Shown here: positions 1 to 7,802 of the stretch, in pieces
How positions within the stretch are numbered: the first letter of the stretch is position 1
How the letters are laid out: every line of letters starts with the position of its first letter
From: Promethearchaeota archaeon
GTDB taxonomy: Archaea > Asgardarchaeota > Lokiarchaeia > Sigyniarchaeales > SOKP01
Reading direction: 5' to 3'
DNA length: 64,000 nt
Assembly (NCBI GenBank): GCA_048939995.1
Contig: JBHLOY010000006.1
Location: 1 to 64,000 of the forward strand
Notes under the pieces: model-generated
Told to the model about the DNA's origin: nothing
Databases searched by the model: none
Seen by the model: only the letters and a program-made list of their open reading frames with translations
Program-made: the position numbers and the translations under genes

Positions 1-370
1 TTTTAATATTATTTTCTACCCATTCCCTACATTTTTCTAAGAATCGTTCCTTATCATCTTTGGATATTTTATAATTTCTTTGAACCGCAAGTTCAACTGG
101 AAGACCATGGCAATCCCAACCCTGAGGAAAGTATACGAGATCTTCTTTCATTCTATGATAACGAGCCACAAAATCAATCCATGCATAATTCAAAAATTGT
201 CCAATGTGTAATACGCCACTTACAAATGGAGGAGGAGTATCGATTGTAAATATTTCACCCTTCCTCTCTTTATCGAACTTGTAAATTTCGTTATCTTTCC
301 AAAACGAAATCCATTTCTTTTGGATTTCCTTAAATTTAAATCTTTTTGGGTAACTACTTTCTTGTGTCAT
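1..370 (-). CDS. valS: Valyl-tRNA synthetase, N-terminal part (runs off window start; absent from ORF track)
   Basis: Manual translation from ATG at 370: MTQESSYPKRFKFKEIQKKWISFW...FTIDTPPPFVSGVLHIGQ...PQGWDCHGLPVE, the class Ia IDTPPP, HIGH-region and GWDCHGLP motifs. Confidence 0.85.
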   Translation of the reverse strand, partial: MTQESSYPKRFKFKEIQKKWISFWKDNEIYKFDKERKGEIFTIDTPPPFVSGVLHIGQFLNYAWIDFVARYHRMKEDLVYFPQGWDCHGLPVELAVQRNYKISKDDKERFLEKCREWVENNIK

Positions 371-485
371 ATTAATTCCGATTCCAAATTAGGGTTAGTA
401 TTAAAATTTTTGATGATATTTGAAATTGTTAGTTTTTCCAATAAAAATGATAATTCTTGTTATTTAAAAGCGATAATATCATATA

Positions 486-585
486 TGGACCTGGCGGGAA
501 TTGAACCCGCGGCCTCTTGAATGCGAATCAAATAATCTGTAATTTTCATCGAATTACACGTGATCTGCGACTAATCTACAGGCCC
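486..585 (-). tRNA. tRNA-Ala(CGC) with 28-nt intron (532..559) at position 27/28
   Basis: Minus strand GGGCCTG...CAGGTCC-A acceptor stem with G3:U70 Ala identity pair; T arm GCGGG-TTCAATT-CCCGC; spliced anticodon arm CTTGA-TTCGCAT-TCAAG; 72 nt after intron removal; CCA not encoded. Confidence 0.92.
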
Positions 586-675
586 ATTTTTTAACTATGT
601 CAATGATTAATAAAAATCAATATCTCTAATAATTTTTATGATTTTAGAATAGAAATCAAGGGAAATTATTTTTAA

Positions 676-3054
676 TCAATATTGTGTTCTTGCTATTATA
701 TCATCTTGAGCTGATTTTGTTAGTTCTGTAAATAACACTGAATAGCCAGCAATCCTTACAACTAAACCGCGATAACTTTCGGGGTTTTTTTGTGCTTCAC
801 ATAGAATATTTTTTCCAATAACATTAAATTGAAGATGATAACCTCCTTTGGGTTCAAAATATGATTTTATTAGTGGAATAAAAATATCTTCTCTTATAGA
901 GTTCGGATGGAAGTCAAGAATTAAGGAAGTTCCATTGGTTATAAGAGAGTTATCTAACTTTTTTGCTGAATTTAAAATTGCTGTTGGTCCGTTCTTATCT
1001 CTTCCGTTGGTAGGCCCCACTCCATTTGAAAGGGGATCTCTAGACTTTCGACCATTAGGTGAGGCGCCTGTAAATGCTCCAAATCCTAAATGAAAGGAAG
1101 TTGAGTATACTCCCGGATTAAATTTACCGTGACGAAAATTATTATACTTGAAGATTTCTTCACAATAATTTTTAACAATATCTTTAGCAATTTGATCAAC
1201 ATACTCAACATCATTTCCAAATTTCGGAATTTTATTAATAAAGTATTCTCTCCATTCAGAACCCTTTTTTCCATGATAACTTCCTCTATAGTTTTTTGTT
1301 AGAATTTGTACCATTTCATCAAAGGATAGTATTTTTTCTTCAAAAACTACTTTCTTTAGTACGACTAAGCTATCTGTTACAGTTGCTAAACCAATTAACT
1401 GCGGCCCAGTATAATTATAGATTGCACCACCATTAGTTACATCTAAACCACGTTCTATGCAATCACTAACCGATCCAGATAAGAATGGTTGAGGTTTAAT
1501 TTCAGAAATAGTTTTATCAAGTGAATTCATAGTCAGAATCATATTTTTTATAAAGAACTTCATTTGTTTTAAAAAAAATTCCCATAATTCATCAAAAGAA
1601 GTGATTGGTGTTTCCCTTTTAAGACCTACTTCCCTTCTGCTAAACATATCAAACCCATTCGTTAATGCCAATTCTAAACATTTCACAATATTAATTTGGC
1701 ATGCGTTGGTTGAACCAAATGATTTAGTAGGGTGCTGTGGTTCTACACATCCAATTGGGGCATATTCTCTCGCATCTTCAATAGAAAATCCTCGGTTTAC
1801 GAGTCCTGGTATCATCACATCATCATTAAATAAAGCTAAACTAGTGCCTTTTTTAATTGACATAGCAACTTTGATTAAAAAATCTTCTGGAGTGTTCTGA
1901 TGAATTCTTATAGAAAAAGTGGGTTGAACAGTTTGGATATGAGTATAAGCATCCAAAATGATGTCAGATAGGTCATTAGTTGCATCGAGGCCTCTTCTAT
2001 CAAGACCTCCAATTGTAAGGTTTTCTGTAATTGGAGGGCCTTCAGCAAGATTAATACCTAAATAAAGAACATAATTCCATAAGGTTGTCAATTTGAGAAA
2101 AAAACATTCTAATAAAAATTGTACCTCTCCTCTCGAAATATATCCTTTTTCAATGTCATTAGAATAATAAGGAAAAAGTAACTGATCAAGACGCCCAATA
2201 CTAATAGCAAAGCCACCATCTTCTATGCCACAGATAAGATGATTGAAATAGATCAATTGAAGTGCCTCTTTAAAATTATTTGGCGGATTCTCTGATATAT
2301 TCATACAAATTTTGGAAATCTCTAAAAGTTCATCATGTCTATTAGAGTTTGTCTCATCGTTAGCTAATTTTTTAGCTAAAGAAGAAAATCTTTTTATAAA
2401 TGATTTTCCTGCTTCATATAGAATGATAACTGACTTTAAGAAAATCAACTTTTCTGTATTACTAGAATATTCTTCTAGCTTTTTTTTAGCATTTTTAATC
2501 AAACCATTTAACCCATATTTTAAAATATTTTCATGTCCAGGAAAGAAATGACCAATACCATTCGTAAATTCAGCCTCAACTAAAAAAACTAGTGTATCCA
2601 TTATATCTTTTAGTTCGGGATCTAAATTTTTTAAAAAAAGTTCCTTTAGAGTGTGATCCTCATATTTCCAGTAAGGTATAATTTCCTCTTTAAGAATTCG
2701 TCTTTCCTCCTCTGAAATGAATAACTTTTGTGCTGGACGATTTTCAAAAGTATCGACATCTTGTTCAAGAGTGTCAACTCTTACTTCTGGATATAAAGGG
2801 GTCCCGATAAGTTTACTACATCTATTTCCTACAACAAATTCATCATCCCAGATTCTTATAGTCATATTCAATAATACGGCTTGCATTGCTTTGGCAAAAC
2901 GAATAATATGGTTTTTCCCTTTAGTTTTTCTATATGAATTAGTAAATAATTTTGCTCTTTCAATGCAAATCTCATGAGGAGCGTTAATTAATTCATTTTT
3001 TATTTTAAAAAGTCTCTCCTCTCTATTTAAAAGAGTTGTTTGTTTCTGTTGCAT
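676..3054 (-). CDS. Glycyl radical enzyme (PFL-like family, single-Cys type), substrate unknown
   Basis: 792 aa; SIGRLDQ, IGCVEP thiyl-Cys loop, C-terminal LVVRIAGYS glycyl radical loop. Confidence 0.92.
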   Translation of the reverse strand: MQQKQTTLLNREERLFKIKNELINAPHEICIERAKLFTNSYRKTKGKNHIIRFAKAMQAVLLNMTIRIWDDEFVVGNRCSKLIGTPLYPEVRVDTLEQDVDTFENRPAQKLFISEEERRILKEEIIPYWKYEDHTLKELFLKNLDPELKDIMDTLVFLVEAEFTNGIGHFFPGHENILKYGLNGLIKNAKKKLEEYSSNTEKLIFLKSVIILYEAGKSFIKRFSSLAKKLANDETNSNRHDELLEISKICMNISENPPNNFKEALQLIYFNHLICGIEDGGFAISIGRLDQLLFPYYSNDIEKGYISRGEVQFLLECFFLKLTTLWNYVLYLGINLAEGPPITENLTIGGLDRRGLDATNDLSDIILDAYTHIQTVQPTFSIRIHQNTPEDFLIKVAMSIKKGTSLALFNDDVMIPGLVNRGFSIEDAREYAPIGCVEPQHPTKSFGSTNACQINIVKCLELALTNGFDMFSRREVGLKRETPITSFDELWEFFLKQMKFFIKNMILTMNSLDKTISEIKPQPFLSGSVSDCIERGLDVTNGGAIYNYTGPQLIGLATVTDSLVVLKKVVFEEKILSFDEMVQILTKNYRGSYHGKKGSEWREYFINKIPKFGNDVEYVDQIAKDIVKNYCEEIFKYNNFRHGKFNPGVYSTSFHLGFGAFTGASPNGRKSRDPLSNGVGPTNGRDKNGPTAILNSAKKLDNSLITNGTSLILDFHPNSIREDIFIPLIKSYFEPKGGYHLQFNVIGKNILCEAQKNPESYRGLVVRIAGYSVLFTELTKSAQDDIIARTQY

Positions 3055-3140
3055 TTTTAATCAATAAAATGAGATTTATAGATCTATTTAATAAAGAAAT
3101 TATAAATTTATAGGTTAAAAAATATTACAAGGAAAGAATA

Positions 3141-4070
3141 TCAATTTATAATAAGTACTTCATTTATCATTCCTCTCCTTGAAGAAATAGAATTAATAGC
3201 ACGCTTTGCTTTTAAAGTAATTATCCTATAATCTCTATACAAATTTAATATAAAATCACAATAAGAATTACTTAATAATAATTTACATCCCTTTTTATCT
3301 AGTTTTTTATAAATTTCATATAATTTTATTTGAGAATCTTCTCCGAAATCTTGTTTAGTATAGCTTGTAAACAATGCCGTTTCAGAGATAGGATAATATG
3401 GAGGATCAAAATAAATGAAATCGTTTTTCTCAGCATATTCTAAGCAAATTTCAAATGATCCATGAACAATTTTTACATTCTTTAAAACTCTATGAACTGC
3501 TCTTAAATTATCTTCATCGCATATGGTTGGGTTCTTATGTCTGCCAAATGGTACATTGAAATACCCCTTACTATTAACGCGATATAATCCATTGAATCCT
3601 GTTTTATTGAGATAAATTGTCCTTGAAGCTTTCTCAATATTAGACAGATTTGAATATAATTGCCTATTACGATCCATAGCACGGATTTTATAATAATAAT
3701 CTTTTTCATATTTGTGTTTCTTCAAAGATGTTATTAATTCCTCAACATTCTCTTGTATTACTTTAAAAATGTTTATTAATTCTAAATTACTATCAATTAA
3801 AATTGCCTTTGGAGGTAAAAGATAGAAAAATAATGCTCCTCCTCCAACAAAAGGTTCAATATAACGGTTATAATTCTTAGGAATAAATTGATTTAACTGT
3901 TGAATTAATTGTCTTTTACCCCCTGCCCACTTTAAGAAAGGATGAGGGTTTCCTATAATAGCCTTATTCTTTTTATTTTCATACCTTTTTGATGAAAGAC
4001 GCATTTCTATTTGATTTTTCGTTTCAAAAAATCCAATTAATGATTTCTGGGGACTCTTTTTATCAGTCAA
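3141..4070 (-). CDS. dam: Dam-family (D12 class) N6-adenine DNA methyltransferase
   Basis: FLKWAGGK, EPFVGGG SAM-binding motif, FNGLYRVN, DPPY catalytic motif; start uncertain (TTG 4070 or a later ATG). Confidence 0.9.
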   Translation of the reverse strand: MTDKKSPQKSLIGFFETKNQIEMRLSSKRYENKKNKAIIGNPHPFLKWAGGKRQLIQQLNQFIPKNYNRYIEPFVGGGALFFYLLPPKAILIDSNLELINIFKVIQENVEELITSLKKHKYEKDYYYKIRAMDRNRQLYSNLSNIEKASRTIYLNKTGFNGLYRVNSKGYFNVPFGRHKNPTICDEDNLRAVHRVLKNVKIVHGSFEICLEYAEKNDFIYFDPPYYPISETALFTSYTKQDFGEDSQIKLYEIYKKLDKKGCKLLLSNSYCDFILNLYRDYRIITLKAKRAINSISSRRGMINEVLIIN

Positions 4071-4340
4071 ATTTTGTTATAACCTTCATTTCTTATTATA
4101 ATAAATCATTTAAAACAATATAATTGTTAATCTTGATTATTATTACAAATTATTAGACACAAAATACTATTTAAAGTAATACTTAGTGGTTAGTTGAAAT
4201 ATTTAAGGGCTTATTTTTTTAGCCCTCTTTGGTTATTTGAACTTTTTAAAATATTAGGTTTAAAATTTTAAATTATCATTAACTTATTATTCCCATAAAG
4301 GAATACATATTTATCTCTATGATTCATTCGAGAAATTGGT

Positions 4341-5282
4341 ATGATTAATAAAGAAAAATTTGAGCAACTTTTTAGTCAACATCTTATAAAAGATATTACT
4401 GAGGAAAATATTAATATCGTCTTATCTGGCCAGTATGGAAAAGCATTAGAGCTTCTAAGAGATGCAGAGGCTACTGGTTTGTTTCCTGCTTTAGTAGGTC
4501 CACCAGGAGTTGGGAAAACTATTCTGTGCAGATATTTTGCAAGCTTAAGAGCTAAAGAGAATAAAAATAAGAGTTTTTATTGGATGACTATGGATGAAAG
4601 TATAAAACCCTCACATTTTATAGGATCTTTTGATCCAGCAATAACTTTGAAAAAAGGTTTTGTACTTGAAGCATTTAATCCAGGTCCATTACTCAATGCG
4701 ATGTTAGAAGGAGGTACTTTTCTAGCGAATGAAATCAATCGTGCTACAGAATATTCACAAAACACACTTTTAGAACCATTAGAAGAAGCATCGATAGGTA
4801 TTCCACATTTAGGTCGAATAAAAGCTGATGATGATTTCTTTTTTATTTCAGCAATGAATCCAGAGGAATTATCAGGAACTCATCGTCTTTCAGAAGCATT
4901 AAAAGACAGAATTAAGGTTTGGATAAGATTGACATACCCAGATAAAACCACTGAGTTAGATATTATAAGAATTAATCTTCCCGAGCATTTTATTATTGAG
5001 GAATCGGAATTAGAGTTAATTTATTCAATAATTGATGAAACCAGAAGAAATAAAATTGACATTGAGGTGCCTGCATCTATTAGAGCAGGAATAGCTATTG
5101 CTAAGATGTTGGCTAGAAGGCGTTTTCTGGAAAAAGAAGGAAAATTAGGAGAGGGTATTTCTGTTTATGAATATCTCTCTGAAATATCAAAATATGTATT
5201 ATTAGGAAGTATTAAACCAAAGCCGGGTATAAAGGTTGAAAATATTATTGATAATGTCATTCATAAAACACTAGGAGCATAG
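4341..5282 (+). CDS. MoxR-type AAA+ ATPase (CbbQ/NorQ/CoxD-like)
   Basis: Walker A GPPGVGKT, variant Walker B FLANEINR, AMNP sensor, LSEALKDR arginine finger region. Confidence 0.88.
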   Translation: MINKEKFEQLFSQHLIKDITEENINIVLSGQYGKALELLRDAEATGLFPALVGPPGVGKTILCRYFASLRAKENKNKSFYWMTMDESIKPSHFIGSFDPAITLKKGFVLEAFNPGPLLNAMLEGGTFLANEINRATEYSQNTLLEPLEEASIGIPHLGRIKADDDFFFISAMNPEELSGTHRLSEALKDRIKVWIRLTYPDKTTELDIIRINLPEHFIIEESELELIYSIIDETRRNKIDIEVPASIRAGIAIAKMLARRRFLEKEGKLGEGISVYEYLSEISKYVLLGSIKPKPGIKVENIIDNVIHKTLGA

Positions 5283-5296
5283 GAGGATATTTATAA

Positions 5297-7798
5297 ATGG
5301 GCGTATTCCCAGAAAATCCTTGTGAGTTCGCTGTGAATTTCATTAGAAAGATGAGAAATCATCCTGACATAATACAGGTTCCTTCATCACGACAAGTTCT
5401 TTCAATTCCAAGATTAATTCTATCTCGGTATTATAGAATCGGAAAAGTAACTCCAAATGATTACATTGAAATAAGCACTGTTACCTCATTCCCCGATAAT
5501 CAGCAATTAGCACAAGAGATTGCTTTTGAAATTCTTTTTCCTAATTATAAGAAAGACATGGTTGAGTCATTTTTTCCTATTAACGAAGAATTAAAAGAAG
5601 AATTAAAAAAAGAAATTGATTCTGATGAAATAAAATCTGAGCTAGATCAAATTCAAGATGAAATAGATGAAATAGAATTTTTGAAATCGATAGATCAAGA
5701 TTCGATTATAGAATTAGAAGAATTTTTTGATGATTTAAACCAAAAAAGAGATGAAGAACCATATAAATCAGCATTGCATTTTTTTGACGATGATTCTGAA
5801 TTATATAAGGAGGAGATTTCCTCTTTAGAGAAGCTGATTGAAGAAGCAAAAAATCGTTTAGAACAAAAAATTAATTCACTAGAACCAAATGATATAAAAG
5901 CAGGAGTTGAATTGGGTTTAAATGAATTAATTCAATCAAAATCCCTTCGAGAATGGGAGAAAATTACTGCTAAAGCACTTGAAAATCGAGATATTGCTTT
6001 AGAATTAGAAAATTTAATTAAAAACAATAAACTTGACGATCTTTTACAAACAATGAAGTATTTAAATGAAACTATTGATGATCAAAATATAAAAAGGCAA
6101 TTAAATAATATTAAAAATCAGCTTCAGAACCAAATCAAGAATTTAGATCAATTATTTAACGCTGCTAAAACTTTAGGGAAAACCCCTCAATTTGATCCCC
6201 AAAAAGTATTAACAAATTCTTTAAAAAATTCTTCCTTTGAGCACAATTTTAATTTAGCTAATTCCTTAGATCAATATTTTGGGACAAATATAAGAGCTGA
6301 ACTACTAAATAAAGTTCAAGAACAACTCCATAATTCTAAGATGAATTTATCTCTTGAAAATTTGACTAAAAGTGCATTTGCAGATAAATCATGGAATGAT
6401 TTGTTTAATCAATCACTCCAAAATGCCATAAGAGATGCTATGAAACAAAAAGTAAAACATGAAGCATTCAAAACACTCACTCATCAATTACAGCAATTAT
6501 CAAATAGTTGTGCAAATATTCATTGCAGTCAGAAAATGGCTCAACAAATGCCTAATCTAGTGAAACAGAGTCTAGAAGTATGTGAGACACCAGAACAATT
6601 AAGAAATACTATTGAATTTTTTAGGAAAATTGGATTAAACCCTGAATCAGATATAATAAAAGATATTGGAAAAAAACTCAATATGTCTGATGAAGAGATT
6701 TTTGAGTTAATTGAACCAAATTATCAATTATTAAAAAAGATGATTGATAAAAAAGTTGGAGATTTCCAAAGAATCTCAAATTTAATAGAGCAGATTAGAG
6801 ATCAACTCAATTATGATAGGGTTAAGGAATTAATCAGTAGTGCTATAGCTAATGATAATAGAGAAGCATTAGCTGCTTTAGGGCATTTTAATTTAGGTGA
6901 AACATTAAAAGCAGCCCACCAAGTTGGAGGAAATGAAGGTCAAGAAAAAGCGATTGCTTGTTTATCTGCTGGTAGTGGTGAGAATTTACTCAAACAATGG
7001 TTTATTCATCGTAAAAATCTTCCAGAACATACAAGACAGAAAGTTAAAGAGCTAGCAAAAAAAGTATTAGTAGAATTAGGGATATACTATTCTAGGGCTC
7101 GTTTAGGTTCTGCAACAACAGGACCTATACCAATTAACATCGTTAGACCCTATACTATAGGAGATGACTTTGAAAATATAGACTTAGAAGAAACAATTTT
7201 TAATCTGCTAGAAAAAGGAAAGGAATTAGATCACATCAATTATGACGATTTTTATGTTTTTGAGACTGCTAAAGGACTTCGATCTTGTTGTTTTGAATTA
7301 GATATTAGCGGTTCAATGTCAGGTGATAAATTAGCTTATATGACTATTTGTGTGACAATGCTTTGCTACGGTATGCGAAAAGATGAATTTGGAGTAACCT
7401 TTTTCGAATCAGATACCCATGTTCTAAAGGAATTGAATGAAAAAGTTGATTTAGAAAAATTAGCAGATGAATTACTCTCTGTTAGCGCACGAGGAGGGAC
7501 AAGAATTCAGAGCGCTCTCAAATGGGCAAATAAACAGTTTAAGGAACATTCAAATTCTCGTGAAAAATTGAATGTGTTGTTTACAGATGCGGAAATCTTC
7601 GATATCCGTGAAGGTATTGAAGAAATTAGAATATTGCGTTCTTTAGGAGTGGATTTTATCTTAATATGCCCTGAAACCTCTTACAACTTAAAAGAAGCTA
7701 GGAAAATGGTTAAAGTAGCTGGAGGACAACTTCTTACTATAAAAGATTGGAATGAATTTCCTAAATTAATATCTGAAATTATAAAGTCAAGATTTTAA
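5297..7798 (+). CDS. Large vWA-domain protein, probable partner of the upstream AAA+
   Basis: C-terminal vWA with MIDAS LDISGSM, GGT, FTD; acidic and helical middle; GGAGG SD just upstream. Confidence 0.85.
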   Translation: MGVFPENPCEFAVNFIRKMRNHPDIIQVPSSRQVLSIPRLILSRYYRIGKVTPNDYIEISTVTSFPDNQQLAQEIAFEILFPNYKKDMVESFFPINEELKEELKKEIDSDEIKSELDQIQDEIDEIEFLKSIDQDSIIELEEFFDDLNQKRDEEPYKSALHFFDDDSELYKEEISSLEKLIEEAKNRLEQKINSLEPNDIKAGVELGLNELIQSKSLREWEKITAKALENRDIALELENLIKNNKLDDLLQTMKYLNETIDDQNIKRQLNNIKNQLQNQIKNLDQLFNAAKTLGKTPQFDPQKVLTNSLKNSSFEHNFNLANSLDQYFGTNIRAELLNKVQEQLHNSKMNLSLENLTKSAFADKSWNDLFNQSLQNAIRDAMKQKVKHEAFKTLTHQLQQLSNSCANIHCSQKMAQQMPNLVKQSLEVCETPEQLRNTIEFFRKIGLNPESDIIKDIGKKLNMSDEEIFELIEPNYQLLKKMIDKKVGDFQRISNLIEQIRDQLNYDRVKELISSAIANDNREALAALGHFNLGETLKAAHQVGGNEGQEKAIACLSAGSGENLLKQWFIHRKNLPEHTRQKVKELAKKVLVELGIYYSRARLGSATTGPIPINIVRPYTIGDDFENIDLEETIFNLLEKGKELDHINYDDFYVFETAKGLRSCCFELDISGSMSGDKLAYMTICVTMLCYGMRKDEFGVTFFESDTHVLKELNEKVDLEKLADELLSVSARGGTRIQSALKWANKQFKEHSNSREKLNVLFTDAEIFDIREGIEEIRILRSLGVDFILICPETSYNLKEARKMVKVAGGQLLTIKDWNEFPKLISEIIKSRF

Positions 7799-7802
7799 GA
7801 CG

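Noticed and set aside
320-520. 66-aa plus-strand ORF
   Set aside because: Antisense to the valS start and the tRNA-Ala 3' half; MDLAGIEPAAS is a typical tRNA shadow translation
4206-4226. AGGGCT-N9-AGCCCT hairpin in the dam/AAA+ divergent region
   Set aside because: Only 6 bp; cannot be distinguished from chance
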